Below are positions 10,402 through 19,077 of a DNA stretch of 64,000 nucleotides, piece by piece. The notes under the pieces were generated by a model. The model did no database searches and was not told the DNA's origin. It was given only the letters and a program-made list of their open reading frames with translations. This stretch comes from Candidatus Woesearchaeota archaeon (lineage in GTDB: Archaea; Nanobdellota; Nanobdellia; Woesearchaeales; GW2011-AR15). Location of the stretch: contig JAFGJW010000005.1 of the NCBI GenBank assembly GCA_016928835.1, positions 37,815 through 101,814 of the forward strand, written 5' to 3'. The position numbers and the translations under genes were made by a program. How positions within the stretch are numbered: the first letter of the stretch is position 1; every line of letters starts with the position of its first letter.

Positions 10402-11235
10402 TTATGGCACCAATCCAGTGCATCTCCAGTTGATTTCTGCTGTCTCTGTCTGCTCATCTACAACACAGGCAGGGTTGCAGCCCTCCTGTTCTTCATAAGG
10501 AGTCAGATCTATCCACCATGTTTTTGTGTTCTCATTGTAAACCATGTTGTCTGTAAGCTCCCCTTCTTCAGTGCAATCGCTGTTCTGGGCAATAACTAAT
10601 GCAGCTGCCTTTGAGAGTGCAGGTTCAACAACACATTCTCCTGAAGTCCATGAATCCACATTGCCGCTTGCACACGCAACACATGCATTTGAGTATGTTT
10701 CACCGTCATTGCCGCAGACCGGCAAATATTCCATTGTGCACATCTCTGCTGTCTTCTCCTCATCTGTGCAAGTATGTCCTTCAATCTTCTCAATAAATGT
10801 CTCGCCGCTGGGCACCGTGCATTTTCTGGGGTAGCTTTCCATCACTGGATAGCCTGCATTCACACAATCTTCAAATGAACCAATCTCCTCAAGCTGCTCA
10901 CTAGTATACTCCCATCCTTTGATATTTACTGTCTCTTGCACCTGGTTGTCATTTCTCTGCAGATGAACAACAAAACATCCTTCGCAGTCGACTTTCACAA
11001 CTTCAGTGACTGTCACACGATAGCTTAAGGGAGCAACAGCTATTTTTGCAGCAGCTTTTGTATCCTCATCTAACTCCCATGTTCTGATACATGCAGCCAC
11101 CTCGTCATCCCATGAATAACCAGCAGCTACTAGACAACCGTGCTCTTCTCTATCGCCGCCTATGCTCTGCTGCTTTGCACATCCCGCCATCACCACACAA
11201 AACAGAGTAAGCACTGTAACAAGATACTTTTTCAT
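10402..11235 (-). CDS. Cys-rich lipoprotein with Kazal-type domain
   Basis: Lipobox VMAGC. Modules GGDREEHGC..AGYSW, SFEDCVNAGYPVMESYPRKC, Kazal CTMEYLPVCGNDGETYSNACVAC, and TWWIDL..GCNPACVV..AEINWRCTGL. Confidence 0.8.
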   Translation of the reverse strand: MKKYLVTVLTLFCVVMAGCAKQQSIGGDREEHGCLVAAGYSWDDEVAACIRTWELDEDTKAAAKIAVAPLSYRVTVTEVVKVDCEGCFVVHLQRNDNQVQETVNIKGWEYTSEQLEEIGSFEDCVNAGYPVMESYPRKCTVPSGETFIEKIEGHTCTDEEKTAEMCTMEYLPVCGNDGETYSNACVACASGNVDSWTSGECVVEPALSKAAALVIAQNSDCTEEGELTDNMVYNENTKTWWIDLTPYEEQEGCNPACVVDEQTETAEINWRCTGLVP

Positions 11236-11367
11236 TCATCTCACCTCATCATAACCTATATTATCTGGTATATTATGAAGTATATATAAATATTTTTTTG
11301 ATTTTAGTTTGGGTTAAAGCTATTCCTTTCAAAAGTCTTTTAAATATAATTATTTTACTCCTATTAA

Positions 11368-11934
11368 ATGAGAAGAAAATCACTCTCTTGGATTGTAATC
11401 TCAAAAATAATGGGATTGATGGTTTTCTTGCTTATGCTGTTTCTTGTCAATTTCTTCAATAAATACATTGAAAATCCTATTTACTCAAATATTGTTGCTT
11501 TTATAAACCGGAATGCAGTGCTCCTGGTTGTTATGTCCCTTGTTTTTCTTGTTGGAGAGGTTTTTAATGCTTTGTTTTTTCCATTCAACCTGCCTGCGCC
11601 AATATTCAATTCAGTTGCAGCAGTAATGTTGGTCAAATTTATGCTAAGGATGTTTAGTTTCATAGATCAAGTGATGGAGCTTGGCATTACGGATATCTTC
11701 GCACCAGCTGCTACACTGATTTACACTCTGATTTTTTTCATTGTTATTATTGCCGGATATGTCTCTATTTTTCATAGGCTTCTTAGACATACAAGAAGCA
11801 AAGAAAAACCTGTCAAAACCACAGTGAGAAGAACCCGGGAAAAAAAGGCTAAAGACTGGGAAGACATTGGTAATGAGTTCCGGGGGACAATCTCTGATAT
11901 TTTAGCACATATTAGAGACTCAATAAATAAATAA
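11368..11934 (+). CDS. Hypothetical 4-TM membrane protein
   Basis: Four hydrophobic segments, FPFNLPAP motif, charged C-tail ending WEDIGNEFR. Confidence 0.7.
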   Translation: MRRKSLSWIVISKIMGLMVFLLMLFLVNFFNKYIENPIYSNIVAFINRNAVLLVVMSLVFLVGEVFNALFFPFNLPAPIFNSVAAVMLVKFMLRMFSFIDQVMELGITDIFAPAATLIYTLIFFIVIIAGYVSIFHRLLRHTRSKEKPVKTTVRRTREKKAKDWEDIGNEFRGTISDILAHIRDSINK

Positions 11935-11937
11935 TTC

Positions 11938-12558
11938 TTACACTTTCTCGTGCATATAGTAGTGCAAGTCTCTGATTTTTGCTGTTTTTTCTCTTTTTTG
12001 CTCTAAGAAGAATAGGACGCAGCAACTAATTACTGACATAATTCCAGTAAGTATGAATGTTAACTGAAAGCCAATATATTGGGCAACAGCTGCACCGACA
12101 CCAGCTGTTACTGCAGTACCAAGCCCTGTCAGTGTTGAATAAAGGCTCCACTCAAAACTCTCATGGTGCTTATCAAGGTTAATGCTCCATAAACCCAGCC
12201 ATGTCGGATATGCAAGGCCACTGCCTATCCCGAACAAAAATTGTGCTAGATATATATAATAAATATGGGTGGAAAAGATATAGATAAAGGGCGCTATGCA
12301 AATAATAGATGAGCCAATTATGAGCCACTTGACCTTATTATCATGATCATCTACATATTTTGAGAATGGAAGCTGGACAACAGACTTTGTGATGATGAAG
12401 ATAGTGCTTGCCAGGCCAGCTGCAAATATTGTTCCTTCAGGAAGATTCTCTTTAATAAAAATTGCCAGTATCGGCTGTATTAGTCCGAAGCCTGTTAGCA
12501 TGAAAATATCAGAGAGCATTAATAGCTTGATTGTTCTGTTCACAAGTTTTATTGACAT
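11938..12558 (-). CDS. Half-size (6-TM) MFS transporter
   Basis: MFS motif-A-like QLPFSKYVD, AQFLFGIGSGLAYP. Only 206 aa. Confidence 0.8.
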   Translation of the reverse strand: MSIKLVNRTIKLLMLSDIFMLTGFGLIQPILAIFIKENLPEGTIFAAGLASTIFIITKSVVQLPFSKYVDDHDNKVKWLIIGSSIICIAPFIYIFSTHIYYIYLAQFLFGIGSGLAYPTWLGLWSINLDKHHESFEWSLYSTLTGLGTAVTAGVGAAVAQYIGFQLTFILTGIMSVISCCVLFFLEQKREKTAKIRDLHYYMHEKV

Positions 12559-12592
12559 ACAGGGGGTTTAAATACTTTTCTGAAGAAGATAA

Positions 12593-12748
12593 TAGCCCTG
12601 CCAGGATTATCGTTGAAACCGAAGGATTTGATGATACAGGAAATCCCCGATTTCCGCTTCGAACCTGGGTCGCGTCCTCCAAAGGGACGCATGAGTCGGC
12701 TCTTCTAAGATGATTCTTACGAAGATTTGACCGCTACACCACAGGGCT
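12593..12748 (-). tRNA. tRNA-Gln(UUG) with two non-canonical introns (D-loop about 12695-12726; T-loop 12607-12657)
   Basis: Spliced sequence AGCCCTGTGGTGTAGCGGTCAA|TCATGCGTCCCTTTGGAGGACGCGACCCAGGTTCGAA|TCCTGGCAGGGCTA. Acceptor stem AGCCCTG/CAGGGCT (A1-U72), anticodon stem CGTCC/GGACG with loop CT-TTG-GA, T-stem CCAGG/CCTGG. No encoded CCA. TATA-like TTATAAAA about 25 nt upstream. Confidence 0.93.
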
Positions 12749-12858
12749 ATGTTTCAAGAGAAATTTAGTCAGCTTTTATAATTTATTGTTCCAATAGCGT
12801 TATAAATATACTCTACGTTTTATATATTATAAAATAAATAATAAAATATATAAATAAA

Positions 12859-13128
12859 ATGAAAATAATTATATTAATAACAACCTTGCTGATATCCTGG
12901 TTAGTTCTTTTCAGTACAGTAAAAATTTTTAAGATACACAAAAGCTTTCTGTTTGCATTATTTTTACCTCTTTTTTTGTTTAGCTGTGGATTTTGCTTAA
13001 GATTAAATTCTGGTCAAGGATTAATTGACTTAGGCTTTTTCTTTACAGAATTCAGCTATTTGTATGTCTATGTTTTATTTACTGCTTTCATTGGATTGGG
13101 GCAGATAAGGTATTGGAGGATTAAATAG
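12859..13128 (+). CDS. Small hydrophobic membrane protein (3 TM)
   Basis: 89-aa ORF filling the gap, three hydrophobic stretches, very AT-rich. Confidence 0.6.
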   Translation: MKIIILITTLLISWLVLFSTVKIFKIHKSFLFALFLPLFLFSCGFCLRLNSGQGLIDLGFFFTEFSYLYVYVLFTAFIGLGQIRYWRIK

Positions 13129-13876
13129 TCCACAGCTTCAGCATCTCTTCTTCCATGAAATGCAGTTTTCCAGGTATTATTAGGCAATGCAATGGCTTTC
13201 CGAAATCATAATCCTTTAATTCAGAAACACTGCCATATTTAATTAACTGGGTTTCACTTCCAAGCCTGGCACACCCCACAATCTTTAGAGTTCTTGTAAG
13301 CACTTTTTCTTTTTTTTTTCTTTCTATCTCCAACAACTGGATTATTGCTTCATTTACTGTCATGGATTTATCTTCTTTAATGTCAAGCAAAACAAGGGTG
13401 TGCAAACCAGCTCTTAAATTCTGTTTTACGACCTCATATGGTGTTTCTGGCTTAAATGATTCTTGAAAATAGGGCATTGATGCTGTTCTCCCATACTTGT
13501 ACAGCTCCAGACCAACAACACCAACTGCAGTCAGGATGGAAGTATTATTAATGGTCTCAACTTTAATCCCTTTCTCCCTTGCCCTTAAAAACAAATCAAC
13601 ATGGGTTGTAGCTGAAAAAACATCCCCCACAACTAAAAAACCAATATCCTTTTCCAGTGCCTTATCCAAAATCTGCTCAGCTCTTTTCTCAACCAACTCA
13701 CGGCTGGCTGGGAAAACCTTCTTGCCATAGAACTTCTCTAATTTCTCTAAACTTACGCTTAACCTGGAAGTATAACTCTCCAAAAACAGATAATCGCACT
13801 TCTTCACTGCCTCTAATCCCTTTATGGTAATGTCTTTCTCATCATTAAGGCCGAGGCCGATCATATAGAGTGTCAT
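13121..13876 (-). CDS. dph5: Diphthine synthase
   Basis: LYMIGLGLNDEKDITIKGLE, LESYTS, GDVFSATTH, GLELYKYG, GLHTLVLLDI, PLHCLIIPGKLHFME. Confidence 0.95.
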   Translation of the reverse strand: MTLYMIGLGLNDEKDITIKGLEAVKKCDYLFLESYTSRLSVSLEKLEKFYGKKVFPASRELVEKRAEQILDKALEKDIGFLVVGDVFSATTHVDLFLRAREKGIKVETINNTSILTAVGVVGLELYKYGRTASMPYFQESFKPETPYEVVKQNLRAGLHTLVLLDIKEDKSMTVNEAIIQLLEIERKKKEKVLTRTLKIVGCARLGSETQLIKYGSVSELKDYDFGKPLHCLIIPGKLHFMEEEMLKLWTI

Positions 13877-14027
13877 AAAATTGAGTAATTTTGGGTTAAA
13901 TATAAAACTTTTTTTTTACAAGAAGGGGTAAACCCCTTCTTGAGCCTCCCCTGATGTGTTGGGCGTTGGTAAGAGGGTACCCTTCTTACTAGAATTTATT
14001 ATTAGATCTTTTATCAGAATTAGTTCA

Positions 14028-14063
14028 ATAAAAAAAAGAAATCTCTCCCCTCCCGAGGAGAGA
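14028..14063 (-). terminator. Hairpin + U-tract terminator downstream of ftsZ
   Basis: TCTCTCC/GGAGAGA stem (14042-14063) followed on the minus strand by TTTCTTTTTTTT. Confidence 0.55.
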
Positions 14064-14151
14064 AAAATTTTCAGTGCCTCTACCATAAATTTTTTCGGGG
14101 GTGATTTACAGATAGAGGCAAGAACACACGCACACAAAGACTAAGGGAGTA

Positions 14152-15222
14152 TTAGCGTATAATTTCTATGCCTAGCTCATCTGACATCTGGAGCATTTGC
14201 CTGTTGGGCTGGGTTCTGTCCATTTTCCCTAATATCCATGGACTTTTAACTCCGGTGATGATTGTCATCACAGTGAGCTTCCCTTTCATATCTTCTGTAA
14301 TTCTTGCGCCCCATATCACATTGGCATCGTCGTCCAGACTATCTGTAACGAGCTCTCCAACTCTGTTGATTTCCTCCAGAGTCAGGTCCGGTCCTCCACA
14401 GATGTGTATTAATGCTCCTGTGGCACCTTCGTAGTTAATATCTAATAGAGGATTGCTTAATGCACCCTTCACTGCTTCGTCCACTTTGTTGTTGGTGTCA
14501 GATGCACCTACTCCTATGGCAGCTACACCGCCATTGGTCATTATAGCTTTTACATCTGCATAATCCAAGTTGACTAGTGAGGGCAAAGCTATTGTTTCTA
14601 CTATTCCTTTTATCATTGTGCTAATCAATTCATTAGCAACTGCAAATGCTTGTCTGATTGGAAGATTTCCTGCGATTTGGACAAGCCGATTATTATCAAT
14701 AACAATAACAGTATCACTAACCTGCCTTAGTTGCTGCAAGCCAAACTCAGCTTTGTCAACTCTGGCCCGCTCTATCTTAAAAGGCATGGTTACAGTGCCA
14801 ATTACAATAGATCCTGTCTCGCGGCTTACATTTGCGATTACCGGTGCAGCTCCTGTGCCTGTTCCGCCGCCCATTCCCGCGCATACAAAAACCATATCAG
14901 CTCCTTTCAAGGATTCCTTGATTTGGTTCAATTGTTCTTGGGCAGCCTCAGCGCCTTTTTCTGGAAAACCTCCGCAGCCGAGTCCACGGGTAGTCTCCCT
15001 GCCAATGAGGAATTTCCTGTCTGCTTCGGTCACACTAAGATGTTGTTGATCTGTATTACATGCTATTATCTCAGCACCTTTTACTCCTTTTTGGTACAAC
15101 CAGTTAACCATATTGTTGCCGGCTCCGCCGACGCCAATAACTTTAATATTAGCCTGTTTAATATCTAATGGTTCGAAATCTGGCTGTGCGTTTTTCAATG
15201 CGTTGTCAACGATGAAGTCCAT
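14152..15222 (-). CDS. ftsZ: Cell division protein FtsZ (FtsZ2-like)
   Basis: GVGGAGNN, GMGGGTGTGAAP tubulin signature, NLDYADV T7 loop. ERARV instead of EGxxR resembles archaeal FtsZ2. Start moved to ATG 15222 after a GGGGG-type RBS. Confidence 0.96.
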   Translation of the reverse strand: MDFIVDNALKNAQPDFEPLDIKQANIKVIGVGGAGNNMVNWLYQKGVKGAEIIACNTDQQHLSVTEADRKFLIGRETTRGLGCGGFPEKGAEAAQEQLNQIKESLKGADMVFVCAGMGGGTGTGAAPVIANVSRETGSIVIGTVTMPFKIERARVDKAEFGLQQLRQVSDTVIVIDNNRLVQIAGNLPIRQAFAVANELISTMIKGIVETIALPSLVNLDYADVKAIMTNGGVAAIGVGASDTNNKVDEAVKGALSNPLLDINYEGATGALIHICGGPDLTLEEINRVGELVTDSLDDDANVIWGARITEDMKGKLTVMTIITGVKSPWILGKMDRTQPNRQMLQMSDELGIEIIR

Positions 15223-15496
15223 TTTTTTACCCCCTTCCTCTTTGTCTTTTGTGTAGAGTATATATCGAATTATATATTTTGTATTAAACAAAACTTTATA
15301 TAGGGATTTAGTATATACTCTATTTTAGAACGAGTTAAATATTTCCCACAACCTGTCTTAATTTAAGACAATACAAAGTATTTCTGGTCGAAACTTAGTG
15401 CAAACGAGTTATTTAGATTTGTCCCCACAAATCTTTAATATACTAATATAGTTTTTTACTTCTATTTAAATTTTTTTATTTTAGAATATATATATT

Positions 15497-16213
15497 TTAC
15501 CTCTTAATGATCTTTCCCTTTGCTTTTTCTGCAATATCCTTGCCAGCTTCTATAGTGGTCTTTACTGCTCCTTGTATCTTTCCGAAGACGTCAGGGTTCT
15601 GGAGGACTCTTTCTAAGTTGGCAATCTTGCTGCCATATCTTTCAAAAAAACATACCGCTTCCAAAGTATAGTGCATAGGCGAGGGAACAATTTCATCAGG
15701 AAAGCCTATAGGAAGGATAGCCTGGGGCCTTATGTCCTCAGGTATATTTAATATTCTTCTCAGTGCATTTTCATCAAAAGCACCGACCCAGCAACTGGCA
15801 AGACCAACTGCATGCGCAGCCAGAAGCATGTTTTCTATTGCTGCGGCGCAGTTCTGTATAAGATACAGCCTTTCTCCTCTTACACCGTAGAACTGAGAAA
15901 TCTTCTCTGTCTCAGCGCACACTACCACAACAACTGGGGCCTGATTGATCCAAAGTTGCTGCATAGAGGCTTCTGCAATCTTGGCTATAGTCTCTCTGTT
16001 CTTCACAATAACAAATCTCCAGTTCTGGATATTGCCTGAGCTCGGTGCAAATCTTCCAGCATCAAGTATTGTGCCAAGCATCTCCATGGGGATGTCAGAC
16101 GAAGTAAATTTCCTTATAGATCTTCTTGTTGCCAGGCACTCAAAGATATCCATATTGGATTTCGCTGTAAATTCTGTATCAACTGACTTCTCTTGATCCG
16201 GTTCCTCAGCCAT
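15497..16213 (-). CDS. Nitroreductase family protein
   Basis: RRSIRKF, APSSGNIQNWRF, ENMLLAAHAVGLASCWVG, LPIGFP. Start moved to ATG 16213. Confidence 0.92.
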   Translation of the reverse strand: MAEEPDQEKSVDTEFTAKSNMDIFECLATRRSIRKFTSSDIPMEMLGTILDAGRFAPSSGNIQNWRFVIVKNRETIAKIAEASMQQLWINQAPVVVVVCAETEKISQFYGVRGERLYLIQNCAAAIENMLLAAHAVGLASCWVGAFDENALRRILNIPEDIRPQAILPIGFPDEIVPSPMHYTLEAVCFFERYGSKIANLERVLQNPDVFGKIQGAVKTTIEAGKDIAEKAKGKIIKR

Positions 16214-16329
16214 AATTAGATTAGTAGTCTGCTTCTTTAAATATTTTTTCCCTTGATTTATCATTTCAAAAATGGAACGTTGTTTCAAAAATGGAAAAAT
16301 ATTTAAACCTGATTAAAATTATTTTTTGC

Positions 16330-16863
16330 ATGGAGTCACTTGAAATTCTGGAAAACCTCTTTGATACAAAAATGATAGATATACTGAGGGTTTTCATAAA
16401 CAATGAATCAAAGCAGTATTATCAAAGAGAAATTGCCAAGATGACAAATACGTCTCCTGCTTCAACCTATCGGATTATGGCAAGGTTGACTGAGCTTAAT
16501 ATACTAGAGCTGACTCAGATTAAGAAATTGAAGCTGTATAAGCTTGCCCAGAACAAGTCAACCGAGTTTCTTAAGTCCTTCTTGAAAATAGAGAAAAGAA
16601 TTGTTGAGGCTTTTGTTGATCAAATTAAATCTTTGCCAGGCCTGCAGCAGGTATTAACAGTGGGTGACGACAAAGAAGATAGAGCTAACTTGATTCTTAT
16701 AGGCGAGAATATCGATCCAGCAGAAATTAAGAGGCTCTGCGCTGGAGTAAAGGAAAAATACAGCTTCACAGTATCAACCTTTTCACTCACTCTCGAGCAA
16801 TATGAGCAGATGCTGACAATGGGTCTATACCCAGGTAAGAAAAAGACATTATTCAAGAGATAA
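16330..16863 (+). CDS. wHTH regulator with degenerate nucleotidyltransferase-like C-domain
   Basis: YYQREIAKMTNTSPASTYRIMARL helix-turn-helix, wing KLYKL. C-half resembles an MNT fold but lacks GS/DxD. Confidence 0.7.
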   Translation: MESLEILENLFDTKMIDILRVFINNESKQYYQREIAKMTNTSPASTYRIMARLTELNILELTQIKKLKLYKLAQNKSTEFLKSFLKIEKRIVEAFVDQIKSLPGLQQVLTVGDDKEDRANLILIGENIDPAEIKRLCAGVKEKYSFTVSTFSLTLEQYEQMLTMGLYPGKKKTLFKR

Positions 16864-16895
16864 TTTTTTTAACAATCACCTTTTTTTAACTAAAT

Positions 16896-18782
16896 ATGTC
16901 TCCTGAAGAATACAAGCAGCTGCTCTTTCCATTTGAGAATATAAGGGAAGAGCAAGACACTCTACTTATTCTTGTCAGCAAGATCATTCAAAAACAGAAA
17001 AATCTTCTTGTGCATGCTCCAACTGGTTTAGGAAAGACAGTTGCTGTCCTAGGACCTGCCTTAAACCATGCTTTAAAAAATAATAAGACTGTTTTTTTTC
17101 TTACTTCAAGGCATACCCAGCATAAGATTGCCATAGAGACCCTTGGGCTGATAAAAGAAAAATATAACCCAGGATTCAATGCAGTTTCAATTATAGGGAA
17201 AAAATGGATGTGCCTCCAATCAGGTATCAGGCAGCTCTACAGCAACGAATTCATGGAATATTGCAGAAAGCAGATTGAAGAGAAGAAATGCGATTTCTAC
17301 AATAATGTAAAAAAATCGAACAAGCTGACACAAGAGGCAAGGCTTGTGCAAAGCCGTATCCAGCAGCTCTGCCCAATCGCGACTGAGAAATTTATTGAGA
17401 TATGTGAACAGGAAAAGATGTGCCCTTATGAGATGTCAACAGAGCTGGCAAAGAAATCACAAGTGATAATCGCAGATTACTATTATATTTTTCATCCACT
17501 TGTTGGAAATACCTTCCTCACTAAAATTGGCAAGAGTATTGCTGACCTTATAATCATTGTGGATGAGGCGCATAATCTTCCAAACAGGCTGAAGGACCTG
17601 GCCTCAGAATATCTAAGCAATGTAACACTAAAAAGATCTCTTACAGAAGCTAGAAAGTACGAATACTCCGAAACCCAAGAAGTATTAGAACAGCTAATTC
17701 ATCTTCTGAAAGAGATATCCTCAGGGCTTAGCATAAACACTGAGAAACTCATTCTTAAACAAGACTTTGTAAAGAGAATCGAGGAATTCATTGACTATGA
17801 ACAGCTTATTGCAGACCTGGAATTTATTGGCGAGGAAGTTAGAGAAAAGCAGAAGCAATCCTATATTGGCTCAGTGAGCAGGTTTTTAGAAGCATGGAAA
17901 GGTAAGGATGAGGGCTTTGCCAGAATCCTTTCCTTAAAAAAAGGTTTTAATGAGCCTTTCATACAGCTTTCATACAGATGTCTTGATCCCAGCATTGTGG
18001 CAGCAGATACCATTAATAATTCTTATTCTACTATACTTATGTCAGGAACGCTTATGCCAACATCAATGTACAGAGAGCTCTTAAACATAGAGAACAGTGA
18101 AGAGCATGTTTTTAAGGACCCTTTTCCTAAGAAAAATCGACTGAATCTGATAGTGCCGCAGACAACAACAAAATTCATAGCACGGAGTGAAGCTCAGTAT
18201 AAAGAGATTTCAAAGGTGTGCTCCCAGCTTGTGGAAAAAATACCTGGCAATACTGCTTTATTCTTTCCAAGCTATTCTGTTCTGGATTCAGTGAATAAGT
18301 ATTTGTCCACTTCAATCACAAAACCTGTTTTTGTGGAAGATCCTGGGATGGGCAAATCAGAAAGGCATAGTGTACTGGAGAAGTTTAAGTCCTATAAGGA
18401 TTCCGGTGCAGTTCTTCTTGGAGTTGCATCAGGAAGTTTTGGAGAGGGGATTGATTTGCCAGGCGATTTTCTGAAAGGAGTTATTATAGTCGGTCTCCCG
18501 CTAGGCCCGCCAGACCTTGAGACAAATGAGCTCATAAAGTATTATGACAAGAAATTTAGCAAAGGATGGCATTATGGCTATATGTTTCCTGCCATGATTA
18601 AGTGCTTTCAAAATGCAGGCCGCTGCATCAGGTCAGAAACAGATACAGGCGTGGTAGTATTCCTTGACAAGAGGTTTGTGTGGAGCAACTACTACAATTG
18701 CTTTCCCAGAGACTGGGACATAAAAATATCAAGAGACTACAATAAAGAAATACCTAGATTCTTCAATAATATTCTTATTTAA
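16896..18782 (+). CDS. xpd: XPD/Rad3 (DinG-family) Fe-S DNA helicase
   Basis: APTGLGKT, four Fe-S Cys (KWMC, EYC, KKC, MCPY), DEAH, SGTL, EGIDLPG, QNAGRCIRS. Confidence 0.93.
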   Translation: MSPEEYKQLLFPFENIREEQDTLLILVSKIIQKQKNLLVHAPTGLGKTVAVLGPALNHALKNNKTVFFLTSRHTQHKIAIETLGLIKEKYNPGFNAVSIIGKKWMCLQSGIRQLYSNEFMEYCRKQIEEKKCDFYNNVKKSNKLTQEARLVQSRIQQLCPIATEKFIEICEQEKMCPYEMSTELAKKSQVIIADYYYIFHPLVGNTFLTKIGKSIADLIIIVDEAHNLPNRLKDLASEYLSNVTLKRSLTEARKYEYSETQEVLEQLIHLLKEISSGLSINTEKLILKQDFVKRIEEFIDYEQLIADLEFIGEEVREKQKQSYIGSVSRFLEAWKGKDEGFARILSLKKGFNEPFIQLSYRCLDPSIVAADTINNSYSTILMSGTLMPTSMYRELLNIENSEEHVFKDPFPKKNRLNLIVPQTTTKFIARSEAQYKEISKVCSQLVEKIPGNTALFFPSYSVLDSVNKYLSTSITKPVFVEDPGMGKSERHSVLEKFKSYKDSGAVLLGVASGSFGEGIDLPGDFLKGVIIVGLPLGPPDLETNELIKYYDKKFSKGWHYGYMFPAMIKCFQNAGRCIRSETDTGVVVFLDKRFVWSNYYNCFPRDWDIKISRDYNKEIPRFFNNILI

Positions 18783-18850
18783 TATACTTTTTTGTATACT
18801 AATGTAAAAAAGCGTAATATTTATATACTAGTTTATATTTAATATATTAA

Positions 18851-18993
18851 GTGGTTATCAACCTACCACCCCCACGTCTTGCTTAGGAGGTTGGGATCTC
18901 TTAAGCATCATATTTATCAAGGCTCCCTATTGCCCTTTCTTTCTCTCAAACCCCTCCCCCAATAAGAGAATTAGGGAGCCTTTCCTTATTTTT
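18851..18993 (+). ncRNA. Candidate structured small RNA
   Basis: TTTATATA at 18820-18827. Three stems (18851-18869, 18880-18907, 18919-18982), then a T-run. No ORF, and GC-richer than flanks. Confidence 0.45.
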
Positions 18994-19077
18994 ATTGAAC
19001 TTTAATTGATAAAGAACCTATTGCCATATCCAGCTTCATGAATAAAAATATATATAACAAATTTATCCCCCCTTTTA

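Noticed and set aside
12531-12713. 60-aa ORF on + strand
   Set aside because: Antisense to the intron-containing tRNA-Gln.
12593-13128. tRNA as integration site of a mobile element
   Set aside because: No integrase and no duplicated tRNA 3' end was noticed in the window.
13919-13989. Two palindromes with a spacer as a mini-CRISPR array
   Set aside because: Only two non-identical units and no cas genes. Kept only as a structured-element finding.
13916-14144. Short ORFs on both strands between dph5 and ftsZ (possible cdrS)
   Set aside because: No RHH pattern, non-ATG starts, and they run across hairpins and the terminator.
16330-16863. MNT-HEPN toxin-antitoxin antitoxin
   Set aside because: Catalytic GS/DxD residues are absent and no HEPN gene is adjacent. 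The same applies to 42585-43169.
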